A stretch of 64,000 bases of DNA from assembly GCF_006345805.1 (NCBI RefSeq), contig NC_042998.1:70184001-70248000 (forward strand). Direction: 5' to 3'. The position numbers were made by a program, and so were the translations under genes. The notes under the pieces are model-generated. The model ran no database searches and was not told where the DNA came from. It worked only from the letters and a program-made list of their open reading frames with translations. This stretch comes from Octopus sinensis (lineage: Eukaryota). Below, piece after piece: positions 12,618 through 25,413 of the stretch; position 1 is the stretch's first letter; each line of letters starts with the position of its first letter.

Positions 12618-13035
12618 AGATTTCTTTTACTTGTGATAGGTGCGTCGGATGAAGGAAACCTCACAGACAAGTTGTACACAGCATGATGGTGGTGGGTTAC
12701 TTAAAATGAAACGAGGAGAGGCATGTCCGTCGCCAGACTTTGGTGTCAGGGTGTGTTTCAGAATATTCTGGCAGGGCACTAATTTTTGTTAACTGTATTT
12801 TCTAAATTTGAGGGTGTACAGTTGAATAGTGAGGGGGTAAGTGCCGTCCAGTGCATCCCCTTAGCGACGGGCATGAGAAGCGGGAGTAAGAAGAAGAAAC
12901 GGGAAATGAATAAAGCATATACATAGTATACAAACACTAAATATATGGATGATCCAACTAGGATCAATCAGGGAACCTCACACATCCAAGGTAACACTGA
13001 CCACCAAGGGCAAGTGGCCTCGCCTAACTGTTGTT
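12618..13035 (-). mobile_element. Second 3' UTR fragment of the same LINE family, interrupted by a MITE
   Basis: 12642-12710 resembles 9807-9875, and 12995-13035 (CTGACCAC...CAAGT..CCTC.CC.A.CTGTTGTT) resembles 12375-12415. Confidence 0.5.
12722..12875. mobile_element. Small MITE
   Basis: TIRs CATGTCCGTCGC / GCGACGGGCATG. Flanks AGGAGAGG / AGAAGCGG match 6/8, a possible 8-bp TSD. Confidence 0.6.
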
Positions 13036-13555
13036 AGTAATGTTTTCTAACACAAACACAAGGTCACAAATTTTGAAGGACGGTCTAGTCGATTATACCA
13101 ATCCAGTATGTGTCTAGTAGTTTCTTTTATCGAGCTTGGAACGATGAATGGTAAAATTGACGTCGGTGGGATTTGAACTCAGCATAAAATTATATTCGCA
13201 ATTCGGAAGGGAGGGTTCAAGTTGATTACATCGATTCTTACTTAACTGGTACTCTAATTTAATCGACTCCGAAAGGAAGAAAGATAAAGTTGACTTTGGT
13301 AGGATTAGAACTAAAGGAGTGTACAGGACGATACACGACGATTCAGTGTAGGATTACAGAAAATATAAACCAGAGAAAAACGATAATGAAACCCACTTAA
13401 GTCCAAAAGGGCCCTTTTAACTGTGTAAAGTCAAGTAGTTGAGACGGCTGACATAAAACAGATATGAGGTAATTAGGTGAAGTGAGGAATATTGAAGAAG
13501 TCTCGTATTCTAACGAAATTCATATATTGGATTTGAACTCCGGACTTTAAAACTT

Positions 13556-13680
13556 TTCTACTTTAGGCACAAGGCCCAAAATTTTTGGAAATTTTAGACG
13601 CAACTGGTACTTAAATTTATCGACTCCGAAAGGATGAAAGGCAAAGTCGACCTCGGCAGAATTTGAACTCAGAACGTAAC
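13556..13680 (-). mobile_element. SINE family B fragment (further decayed pieces at ~13040-13310)
   Basis: Core AACTGGTACTTAAATTTATCGACTCCGAAAGGATGAAAGGCAAAGTCGACC. Confidence 0.75.
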
Positions 13681-14888
13681 GTCAGAGACGAGAGAGAGAG
13701 AGCTGTCCTTAGGAAAAATTGAATTGTTTTGGAACGAAATGAGTGAAAGTATGATAGAATGAGAATAACAGACGACACAGAGTAATCGTAAAAGACAATT
13801 GACAACTAATAGGCTCGTAGGTTTAGATTCATAGAAGAGACATCGAACGGGAAACTATGAAGGCCAGTAGCAGACATAACTGTGTCAACATTATGGTAGC
13901 CCCATCGTGATTAAGTATTAGTACAGGGATGGAAGGGTCACAAGTTTTATTTTTGTGTGAAATGGGGGGGGGGAACTAGTGTAGTTGACGAACTTAACAC
14001 CTGTAAATTATTTTATTAATACTTATTTTATTGATTGTGGAGTGAAGAAACAGGAACTCCTTTCAAACAAGGTAATGATAGATTTCATTCAAGTCATTTA
14101 GTGAGAAATACTGTCAGGTCTGCTACTTTATTGCTGTAATAATATCAATGATGATAATAACAATAATAACAGAAGCTACAAGACAGAATCAACGAAGGTT
14201 GAATAACGAACCAATATTGACGTATAAACTACGTAAAAATCCGCTGGCAACTGTTCTTCAAATATTGAATATACCTAACGTCAGTGCGGTGAGACAATAA
14301 TAATATAAAGGTGTTGTTTGATATGATGGATTTCACGGAATTGAATCTGGGTCATGTTAAAGTTCGTGTAACCTCTGTCAATATCTACACACTGTTTCTA
14401 TCTACCCAGTCAGTATCTGCAGGCCATATCTATATAGTCAACATCTACTCAGACTCTGTCTATCTAGTCGGCATCTGTATGCTGTATCCATTTATATAGT
14501 TAAAATTTACACACTGTCTCTCTCTCTCTCTGTCCATCCAGCTTCTACATGCCGTGTCAATCTATATAGTCAACATCTACATACTGTCTGTGTCCAGCCA
14601 GCTTCCGCATGCTGAGTCTATCTACATAGCCAGGATCTACACACTGTATCCAGTCAGCTTCTACATGTGTCTATTCATATAGTCGACATCTACACACTGT
14701 CTGTATTCAGTCGCTGTCTACATGGTGCATCTATCTACATAGTTAATATTTATACACTATCGCTATCTAACCAGTCATTACCTACACTTTGTATCTATCT
14801 ATATAGTTAAAATCTACACACTGTCCTTGTCTATCCAGTTTACACACTCTTTCTATACAGTCAACATCTCCATAGTGGCTATCTACAT

Positions 14889-15196
14889 CAGGGGTTCCCA
14901 ACCTTACTTTGCTTGTGGACCCCACTGAGAGCTATCTTATCATCTGTAGATCCCATATATGCACATGTAAATTTATGAAATAAAATATTTGTTTGTAGGT
15001 TAGTAAAAACTAACAAAAGCAAAACAAAACAATTTTGTTATATTCATAACATAAATTCCAAATACAAATCTTGAAAATTTCAATAAATACAGGTATTCTC
15101 TCCTAGTAAACAAAATGTATATATAGACCCACAAATTACAATTTTTTATTCATGGATCCCATTAAAGCTTCTGTGGACCCCAGCTGGAAACCCCTG
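14889..15196. mobile_element. hAT-type MITE
   Basis: TIRs CAGGGGTTCCCAAC / GCTGGAAACCCCTG. Perfect 8-bp TSD ATCTACAT at 14881-14888 and 15197-15204. Confidence 0.9.
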
Positions 15197-15278
15197 ATCT
15201 ACATAGTCAGTATTTACTTTGTATATGCAGTGGACAACACTTACACACTGTCTCTAACTATCCACTCAATAACTACAC

Positions 15279-15423
15279 TAGGCATGGACAACCTTTTCTA
15301 AATGTGGGCTGCATGAGAGATGGGTCATCACCAGGTAAGCTGTACAACAACAAAAAGTTGAAGGTAATTTTTTGTTGATATGCCATCCAGAAAGTCCCAT
15401 GGGCTCCAGTTTGCCCACGACTG
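15279..15423. mobile_element. Possible small hAT-type MITE
   Basis: Degenerate TIRs TAGGCATGGACAAC / TTTGCCCACGACTG. The TSD is not clean. Confidence 0.4.
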
Positions 15424-15655
15424 ATCTACTTACTGCACCTCTGTACATTGTCAACATCTGCACACTGTCTAACACAGTCAACAGCTGCACACTGTGTCTA
15501 TATAGTTAACATCTGTACATTATATCTTTCTATCCAGTCAACATCTACACACAGTATGTTTATCCAGTCGACATCTACTCACTGTATAGTCAACATCTAC
15601 ATACAATGTCTCACTATCCACTGAACTTCTACACACTGTGCTTAGCTATATATAT

Positions 15656-15879
15656 ATTTCTTTATTACCCACAAGGGGCTAAACATAGAGGGGACAAACA
15701 AGGACAAAGTATTAAGTCGATTATATCGACCCCAGTGCGTAACTAGTACTTAATTTATCAACTCCGAAAGGATGAAAAGCAAAGTCAATCTCGGCGGAAT
15801 TTGAACTCAGAACGTAACGGCAGACGAAATACGGCTACGCATTTCGCCCAGCGTGCTAATGTTTCTGCCAGCTCGCCGC
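15656..15879 (-). mobile_element. SINE family B, full length
   Basis: Near-identical to 4021-4249. Confidence 0.85.
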
Positions 15880-17689
15880 TTAGCTATATAATCAACATTT
15901 ATACACTGCGACTATCAACACAATCAACATCTACATGCAATATCTGTTTAAATATACACTATGTCTTTCTGTAAAGACTGTCTATACCTGTCTATACAGT
16001 AAAGATACTCAGAGTATTTCTCGCTAGTGTGTGTGTATGCTGATATGTATGTATGCATGTATTTACGTATCTTTGAATATTCTCAGAGATTTATGCTCAT
16101 TCTAAGAATTCATGTCTGAAAGTCTGGTATATTTTCTATTGGCCTCCTTTTATTGAGAAATTAAATTATGGAGACTTAAACAAGCAGTGATGAGATGACA
16201 AAAACAGACACACACACATGCACAGACTCTCTCGCTCTCTCACACACACACACACATGATAGACTTCCATGCAGTTTCTGTATACCAAATTTACTAACAA
16301 GACAGGTGTCTTCTACAATAAGCAGGTATCTTCATCTTAGGTATGTGTCTTCTACAATAGCCCCAGGTCAACTAATTTCTTGTGAATAAAATTGGTTGAT
16401 GGAATCCTGTCACAGTAGAAGACACGCAAGGTGCCACACTGTGTGGTTGAACCCGAAACCACATGACTGCAAAGTGAGCTCCTTAACCACTTGGCAGCGC
16501 CTGTGCCTAAAAGGTACAAAATAAATCTATAAACAAGACATGAGATGTATTTTCTGCTTAGTTTCCCCTAGATATTCTCTTTTGCTAAGATTTTTAAGTG
16601 AGACATTCACATCTGCTGGACAAGTGACCTTATCAACAATGCATGATTTTCGTTCCCTGTCCCGAAGAACAAGATCATGTCTGTTGTGTTTGCCTTGGCG
16701 TGTTATTTTTATTGGAATGTTCTTGTAGTATTCCTTATTTTTAACAGTATGGATACATTCTCATTTCTGTTCTGCTTTCTGTGTGAGTGCCAGGAGAATC
16801 CTTCTTGCAGATAACATCATATTTAGTTTTGGCAGCAATGCCATGTCTCAAGGAAAAGTATTACCTTTTGGACATCTTTGGACAGCTGCTGCTGATGTAT
16901 GTATGTATATATCTATGTATGTATGTGTGCATGTTTGTGTATGCATCTAGGTATTATGTATTTTTGTCTACTTTTCTGCCTCTCTCTCTCTCTCTCTCTC
17001 TGTATCTGTTTCTATAAATTTCTTTTTCTAATTATTTTTGTCTCTCCATCTCTCTCTTATCTCTTCCATACACATGACATTCACATACATACTAATCAAT
17101 ACACAACATACGTACATGTATGTGTGTATATCTATACATGTCATGCACACATGATATTGCATGCTACACGCATGCACTTATGTCTGCTGATCATTGAATG
17201 TCTAATACATATATCTAACCATAGATCAACTCTGAGGTGATGATGGAATATTACCATTTCTCTGTATTTATTTCTATTGTCTTCTTTCCTGTCAACCACT
17301 TAATCCATTTTTCTTAAGCCTCAGATTTAGATTAACAAATGACAGCAATCCTGGCATTTTTGTTTCCATGACGCAAAATTCACAGAATCTCCAAATTAGT
17401 GAAATTCTTCCCTTTTCTTATTTTGGTTTATTATGTGTATGTATATGTGTGTGTTAATATATATATATATATATATATATAATTATATATATATAGTGTA
17501 TATATGTGTGTGCGTGTATGCTTTTTCATGAACATTTGTACATCATCACTTACTTTGCAAACACAGATAAGCATATGCAACTTGCAATTTTAATGGCTAC
17601 ATAAAATATGTACACTCAGATACACAGATGTATACACACGAACACACACACATGTGTGTATACACATATGAGACTTAGCCTAAGCATAG

Positions 17690-18120
17690 CCATGGCTTTG
17701 TGTTAAGATGTTTACTGTCCAACTCCATGGTTTCAGGTTTGGTTCCACTGTGTGGTATCTTGGACAAGTGTCTTCTACTATTGTGTCAGGCTTAGCAAAA
17801 CCTTGTTAGTAGATTTAATAGATGGAAACCGGAAGATGTGTGTGTATATGTATATGCATATGTGTGTAAATGTGCATGTTTTGGAGGGGTGTATGCATGT
17901 TTGTGTCTCCTAGCCTTGACATTGAGCAATTATCATCATTATCATCGTTTATCATCCATTTTCCATGCTGGCATTGGTTGGATGGTTTGACTGAGGTCTG
18001 GAGAGCCAGCAGCTGCACCAGGCTCCAATCTGATCTGGTAATGTTTCTACAGCTGTATGTCCTTCCTAATGCCAACCACTCTGAGAGAGTAGTGGGTGCT
18101 TTTTACGTGCCACCAGCACA
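17690..18120. mobile_element. SINE-A (+, diverged) interrupted by an RTE 3'-end fragment (-, ~17932-18120)
   Basis: SINE-A head and start of tail, then (TCA)n-TTTCCATGCTGGCATTGGTTGG...GGCTCCAATCTGATCTGG, the same as the RTE 3' end at 26173-26360. Confidence 0.7.
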
Positions 18121-19395
18121 GCAGCCAGAGTTGTAAGCAATCATTGCCGTCATGCAAGCAGTATCTTTTCTTTATAATTTTGTGAGAAAAAATATCGGCA
18201 CAGGGGGAAATATTACCTTACTTGGAAACAAATGTCGGTTGGCAACAGGTAAGCCATGTGACTCTAGAAAATCTGTTTCAACAAATTCTGACTTATGCAA
18301 GCAGGGAAAAGTGGATGTTAAAATAATAATGATGATGGTATATACATGTTCCTGCATGAAGATTGAGGTAGCATGAAACTTGAGTTGCAAGAAAAATATT
18401 AATTTTCAATTAACTATGTATATAATGTGTGTGTGTATCTATATAATGAAGTGAAACATCTGGAATGTTCATAAGATGGGCTGTACATCTAATTTAAGGA
18501 CCAGTCTAGTCCTATACTATTTCACTGATTCTGGTTAAGGACTAGATTAAGGATATATGCTATAAAACAAGATGGATTATACTTGTAAGTCAACCAGCCA
18601 CCGTCCTGCTGATTATGATTCAAGATTATGTTCAAGGTACATGTGTCTGTGGAATACACAGCCACTTAGGCTATATAATTCAATGAACAGGTTTTTCACT
18701 CGACAGAACAAGTGGAACAATCATTATCAAGCCTGATATGAGATCCGTCATGCGTGATACCTGAATATTGTAAATTATAGCTAGATTCCACACTATTTTT
18801 CTCACACTGCAATCATCTGTGTTCATCAATGGAGGGGAATTCTGTAAAAGTTGTTGTTTGTATAGTAGAGATTACAGATTCCAGTTACTGTTGATGATGG
18901 CTGCCGACTCGTTAGACAAGCATGACCAATGCTGAGAGGTAAGTGTCAGCTATATCTGTACAACACTACAATGACTCTCACTAATAATACCAAGAAGCCC
19001 ACAGACAAGCAAAGTGCAAGATATCCGGCTTAGTAGAGCAACGGGTTTTGTATATGACTTAGCTTTCTCCTAGGGAGATGCCTTAACAAAGATCAGGTGT
19101 CTGTCATTCCTAGCAAGACGACTGCGCCCTTGGACACCAACTTGAGCATTTCTGTATCTGGTTGCTCATATGCAAGTTAGCCCATAGCTTGGATCTGACA
19201 GGTGCTACTTTTCTGGGTCAGAGTGGACCTGGGAACAATAGCGGCTATGAAGTAGTTCCTCGTTCTTCAAAACCCTATAACTTCTAAACCAGAGCCCCAC
19301 TATGGGATGCAATTTAAAATTATACTCGGGAATTTTTGATAATATTGATACATACATGCATATACACACACACACACACATACACACAATGCACC

Positions 19396-19434
<39 letters not shown>

Positions 19435-20002
19435 GTACATGCTGTGAAGTGGTTGCTGTTAGGAAGGTCACCCAGTTGTAGAAATCATGCTGAAGAAGAC
19501 ATTGAAGCATGATGCAGTCTTCATATTCATTGGATCCTATCAATAAACCATCTAAAACATGCCAGTATGAAGGTAGCTCTATGAGTGTTGAGTGTTTAAA
19601 GTTTCATGAGAAGGACAGGAGCAGCTTTATTGTTGTGGAAGGGATACATAGCTGCCATCATCATCAGTTAACATCCAATTTCCGTGCTGGCATGGGTTGG
19701 ACTGTTTGACAGAAGCTGACCAGCTGAAGGGCTATTCAGACTCCCTGTATGTTTTGGCACAGTTTCTACAGCTGGATGCTCTTCCTAACACCAACAACTT
19801 TGCAGAGTGTACTGGGTACTTTTTACATGGTACCAGCACCTATAATCCCTTATGATATATGGGTGGGTGGGAGTGGATGGAGAGAAAGATAAAGATGGTT
19901 GTCATTAGGTACCAGAACATACCCTCAAGGTACAAAAACAATAGGATATCAAGAAGAGAGAATGGGTAAAGAGGTTAAAGGATGCATGTGTATATGTCTG
20001 AG

Positions 20003-20043
<41 letters not shown>

Positions 20044-20057
20044 ATGTATGTATGTAT

Positions 20058-20388
20058 GGTAAAGACCCCCTTCGGTCATGAATGACCATGGGATTGCACC
20101 TAGAAAGTTACCCTCCTAGACACAAGTCCGGGCAAGGTTGTTTTATGGAAGACCAGCAGTCACCTGTGCATACCGGCCTCCCCTCTCCACACCACCAGTG
20201 TTATCCAAGGGAAAGACAAAGGTCGATACAGCTTGGCACCAGTGACGTCGCAACTCATTTCTACAGCTGAGTGAACTGGAGCAACGTGAAATAAAGTGCC
20301 TTGCTCAAGAACACAACACGCAGCCCGGTCCGGGATTCGAGCTCACAACCTCATGATCGTAAGCTCGACGCTCTAACCACTGAGCCAT
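20058..20388 (-). mobile_element. SINE family C (tRNA head plus CORE/V-like box)
   Basis: Minus strand reads TGGCTCAGTGGTTAGAGCG...GAGCTCGAATCCCGG...TGTGTTCTTGAGCAAGGCACTTTA. Copies at 30204-30447 and 47020-47360. Confidence 0.85.
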
Positions 20389-20633
20389 ATGTATATATAA
20401 TCCAGATGCCAACTGGCTTTCAATATATTTAATAAAGTAGTTGGCATCTGGATTGTTATTAACAATCCCTTAAGGGGAAATTGCATCCTCAAATTGTATG
20501 TGTATATATATATATATATATATAATATATATATATATATGTATGTATATATATATATGTATGTATATATATATATGTGTGTATGTATATATATATATGT
20601 ATATATATGAGAGTATATATATATATATATATA

Positions 20634-20806
20634 TTTCTTTACTGCCCACAAGGGGCTAAAATAGAGGGGACAAACAAGGACAGACAAAGGGATTAAGTCG
20701 ATTACATCGACCCCAGTGCGAAACTGGTACTTTATTTATTGACCCCGAAAGGATGAAAGGCAAAGTCGACCTTGGCGGAATTTGAACTCAGAACGTAATG
20801 ACAGAC
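20634..20806 (-). mobile_element. SINE family B, 5'-truncated
   Basis: Core plus tail type 1. Confidence 0.8.
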
Positions 20807-20833
20807 GTTTATATGTATGTATATATATGCATA

Positions 20834-20865
<32 letters not shown>

Positions 20866-21085
20866 CAGGGTGTCCCAAAAGTAGGTTTACAGTTATCACA
20901 TAAGCACCTTAAATTTCTTTTAAAACATTTTATTACATTTAAATTTCTATCTTGCAATTAACTAAATTAGCATAGAATAATGGTTTCATATATTTTTATA
21001 ATTAAGATCTAAACTGTTAATATATGAGTGCAAAAGAGATGAAGAGATAGATGAATAACTGTAAACCTACTTTTGGGCCATCCTG
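20866..21085. mobile_element. Tc1/mariner-type MITE
   Basis: ~31-bp TIRs CAGGGTGTCCCAAAAGTAGGTTTACAGTTAT / ATAACTGTAAACCTACTTTTGGGCCATCCTG, flanked by TA on both sides. Confidence 0.9.
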
Positions 21086-21118
21086 TATGTATATATATAT
21101 ATATATATTATATATATC

Positions 21119-23030
21119 AGGTGTGACTGGGTGATGAGAGGTTTGCTTTTCAATCATATGGTTCTGGGTTCTGTCTCACTGTGTGGCACCTTGGGTAAGT
21201 GTCTTCTACTATAGCTTCGAGCAGACTAAAGCCTTGTAAGTGGAATTGGTAGGCAGAAACTGAAAGAAGCCTTTTACACCAGCTTTCTATTTTACACCAG
21301 CTTTTTACAGAAGCCTTTTACACCAGCTTTCTATTTTACACCAGCTTTCTATTTTCTTCCAGTACTGTCTCAACAATGGTGCTACTCCGGAGCAGTGGAA
21401 AACTGCCAGTGTCATTCCTCTGTCAAAAAGGGCGACCCAACATCACCTGTCAACTATCGCCCAGTCAGTCTCACTAGCTGTATTGCAAACTGATGGAATC
21501 GTGTGTCAGAGAAACACTCTGGAACTTCTGGAGCTCTCACAGTCTCATCCGACCCTCACAATATGGATTTTTGTCCCAACTCCAGCTGCAGTGACCAGCT
21601 TGTCGAGTTCCTTGAGGACATTACTCAGATTACTGACAGGGCTCATGGGTGGATGTTGTCTACCTTGACTTTGCTAAGGCTTTCAACTCTGTGCCACACA
21701 AAAGGCTTATGGTGAAACTCTCTGCAATGGGTGTGGGGGATGACCTTTTTAACTGGTTGAAATCCTTCATCCTCAGCCGAAAGGAGGTAGTCACAGTTCT
21801 AGGACAGCACTCTACACCATATGAGATGTCATCGGGTGTTCCACAGGGATCTGTCCTTGGCCCCTCTTGTTTTGTGCATACATTAACGACATAGATGCCA
21901 ATTTAAAGAATGCCACAGTATTGAAATATGCAGACGACATCAAGCTGTACCTTGAAATCAAGAGGACAGATCCTGATGTCTACAACTCTTTCCTGCAATC
22001 AGACCTAGACAACAATGCAGCAATGGATCACAGACTGGCAACTGAAACTGGCTGTGGACAAGTGTACCACCATGCATTTTGGGAGAAAAAAAACCTGCAT
22101 TCACATACTCCCTCCAAACACTGATATCAAGAAATCCTCTTGCGAGCGTGACCTAGGCATCACTGTCAGCAGTGATCTGCGTTGGTCAAAGCATATCTCT
22201 AAGATTGTCAGGAAGGCCGGGGTGTCTTGGCATCACTCAGCAGGTCTTTTGTTAGCCGCTCTCCAGCCATCTATTTAAAACTGTATACAGCTATGGTATG
22301 ACCACACTTGGAATTCGCATCATCATTGGAACCCCTATCTTGCACAGAACATTGACCTCCTGGAATCTGTCCAGAGACGTGCAACCAAACGCATACCTCC
22401 ATCAGACACCTACCATATTCTGAGCGCCTTGTGTTTCCCTGGCATGGATTCACTGAAGCTCCGGCGTTTGGCGACGGACTTGGTAAACACCCACAAAGTT
22501 ATCAACCACCTCACCAACAACAACACTGAACACCTTTTTGATCTCCATGTGTCTAACACACGTGGACATGCCTACAAAGTCAGAAAACAATACAGCTCCC
22601 ATGACTTTCGGAAACATTTTTTCACGCTCAGAGTTGCTGAAGCATGGAAAAACTGCCTGCGTCAGTTGTTGACTGCCATGACACTGCATCTTTTAAGGCC
22701 CTCATGCTTTCCGAAATCCGCCGAAACTTCACCTGATTATATATACACTTTAGATGAGTTGTAGTGCACCTGAGCACTGTACACAATTATTATTATTATT
22801 ATTATTATACATGTGTGTGTTTGTACCCCATCACTGCTTGACAACTAGTGTTGGTGTGTTTATGTTCCTGTAACTTAGCAGTTTGGCAAGAGTTTGATAA
22901 AATAAGTACCAGGCTTACTACAAAAAAAAAAAACAAAAAAAAACAATGAGTCTCGGGGTTGATTCATTTGACTAAATATTCTTGAAGATACTGCCCCAGC
23001 ATGGTCGCAGTCTTAAGGACTAAAACAAGT
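21119..23030 (+). mobile_element. SINE-A split by a LINE insertion (head 21119-21271, tail ~22810-23030)
   Basis: The head ends AAACTGAAAGAAGCC, and the tail resumes TGTGTGTTTGTACCCC..GCTTGACAAC after the LINE. Confidence 0.8.
21345..22808 (+). pseudogene. 5'-truncated CR1/L2-like LINE with a frameshifted reverse transcriptase
   Basis: Peptides NYRPVSL, DVVYLDFAKAF, SGVPQGSVLGP, KYADDIKLY, ERDLGI, TRGHAYK...FFTLRV are spread over several frames. 3' stem-loop AGTGC-ACCTGA-GCACT and (ATT)n tail. Confidence 0.92.
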
Positions 23031-23300
23031 CATATACATACATATGTAATAATAGTGATAACCACACACACAACACACACACACACACACACACACATCT
23101 GGAATTGTAAAATCCTTTGTTAATGTAGAGTCGGATGGTTAGATGTGCTTACAAAGCATATTTGCCAACAGTTCTATCTATGAATTGCTTTTTTTTTCAT
23201 TTCCTGTTCATTGTTTGTTTTCATGTTGGGACAGCTTACTGTTGATATAAGGCATTTACTTTTCTGCACATCACTCCTTTCGAATTGTTCAGAATTATGA

Positions 23301-23336
<36 letters not shown>

Positions 23337-23362
23337 GCTACTGCTACTGCTGCTGCTGCTAC
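23301..23362. repeat. (CTA)n/(CTG)n trinucleotide repeat
   Basis: Seen directly. Confidence 0.9.
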
Positions 23363-23597
23363 CTCTGTGGGTTGTCTTTGATGTCCATGCACCTTGTCAA
23401 ATCTAATCCTATACCTCAACACCCCTCTCTTAGGTCATATTACAAAATCACAAACAGTCTTGTCCCCTATCGCCAACAGATTTCAAGGATTGAATTCCCT
23501 CTTTATGGGGTCAGTAGGGGTCTTTCAATTCATTCTTGCTGACCTGGTGATTAGGTGAAATGTAATGTTTACCGTGGTGAGCTATGGACAGTAATAA

Positions 23598-23808
23598 TCT
23601 TTTCTACTCTAGGCACAAAGCCTGGAATTTTGGGGGAGGGAACCAGTCGATTAGATCGACCCCAGTATGCAACTGGTACTTAATTTATCAACCCTGAAAG
23701 GATGAAAGGCAAAGTCAACCTCGGCAGAATTTGAACTCAGAACGTAAAGACACGAAATACTGCTAGGCATTTTGCCTGGTATGCTAACATTTCTGCCAGC
23801 TTGCTGCC
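23598..23808 (-). mobile_element. SINE family B with tail type 2
   Basis: Same head and core, but the tail is ...CCCCCAAAATTCCAGGCTTTGTGCCTAGAGTAGAAAAAGA. Confidence 0.8.
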
Positions 23809-24854
23809 TCTATGGACGGTAGTAATAGTGGTATGATGTGATGACAGAAGTGGTATGGTTACAAAAGTATGGGTTACAGTGCACACTGTTGTAGTAGTGT
23901 CATGGTAGTATGTTTGTAGTGATACTGTCATGCTGGTATGGTGATAGTATAGTGTTTGTGATTCTGCAGTGGTGTTGTAGTGGTGTTTTTTATGGTAGTA
24001 GTGCTTATGTGATTGTGTTGTAGTTGGGGATGCAGTGCTAGTGGTGCTCTCTTTGTGTTGGTATTGTGGAAGTATATTGTTAGTGGTGCTTTGATGGTGG
24101 TGGTGGTAGTGGTAGCATAGTTCAATGCCTGAGTGGTGTGTGTGAGTTGGTATGGATGAGAATGTGTATGTGTGTGTGTGAGATGTGTATGGGCTATAGT
24201 TGGTGGTATACTATGTCGTACAGTACAGCGTTGTGATGGTTGGTGTGTGGGTATGTGTAAAGTATGAATGTACTTCCTCCTGTTTGACCCACTGTTACCA
24301 ACACCACCACCATCACCACCACCACTACCACTGCCACCACCGCTACCATCACTGTCATCATCAACACTCACACTTTACTCTGTCACTAATCAACCCTTGC
24401 AATGTAGTGAGACAACTTCCTCTTTTGTCATATACGCCCACACACACACTCACACACGCATGCCTACATACACCTACAGAAACCTACCCCCACACTCACA
24501 CATGCTTGTATAGACATCCACACATAATTATTTGCCTACACATACCGTAAACAATCCCTATTGCCTAAGAAAGGACATTGTTTTTCTTGTTCAAATATAT
24601 TCATTAGCGACAGAGGCAGCATTAATAATACGGAGAGGTAATATTTAATCCCACATTATTTTTGTTGTTTCCATCAAACATGACATTACTGGCCTATTAG
24701 CAACACTGTATCCTGCTATACATAACCACTGTACCACTACATACTATAGCTTATACTGCTATGTAGCTTTACTATACTAGATCAAGCAACCCCATGCGTT
24801 ACAGCTCCAGCTACTATTTACATTACACACTCAGGTCATAAGCAAACACTACAC

Positions 24855-24923
<69 letters not shown>

Positions 24924-24927
<4 letters not shown>

Positions 24928-25013
24928 TTCATTTTGTAATGAGATAAAAAACCAAGGCTGTGTTCTAAATTCTACACACCCTTGGTTTTTTATCGCATTA
25001 CAAAATAAAATTT
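24924..25013. repeat. ~90-bp palindrome/hairpin
   Basis: ATTTTGTAATGAGATAAAAAACCAAGG...CCTTGGTTTTTTATCGCATTACAAAAT. Confidence 0.9.
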
Positions 25014-25172
25014 TTATATACACACGCTGACGTATGACCAACATTGAACCCCTTATTCGCATAATCACTGACCCTGGAACTTATCAACGGTACAATCTAT
25101 AGCACTTATTCAACATTACCTGGCACCTTTGGGTCTCAATAACACCTTTACCTATCATAACTTATATATATA

Positions 25173-25221
25173 TAACTGTCTGGATGTTTTGCGTTCTTGT
25201 CCCATTTTGTATTATATATGC

Positions 25222-25270
<49 letters not shown>

Positions 25271-25296
25271 TATATGTTCATATTTACATTACATAC

Positions 25297-25376
<80 letters not shown>

Positions 25377-25413
25377 CAAAATGGGACAAGAACGCAAAAC
25401 ATCCAGACAGTTA
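25173..25413. repeat. Perfect 41-bp inverted repeat enclosing an (AT)n tract
   Basis: 25173-25213 is the exact reverse complement of 25373-25413. Confidence 0.92.

Larger units (their letters stand above)
14370..16000 (+). repeat. Degenerate ~28-32-bp minisatellite (AGTCAACATCTACACACTGT...CTAT), interrupted by MITEs and a SINE
   Basis: GTCAACATCTAC and variants recur dozens of times. Confidence 0.8.

Noticed and set aside
20320-20388. tRNA gene
   Set aside because: The tRNA-like A/B boxes are the head of SINE-C and continue into the SINE body. There is no complete acceptor stem.
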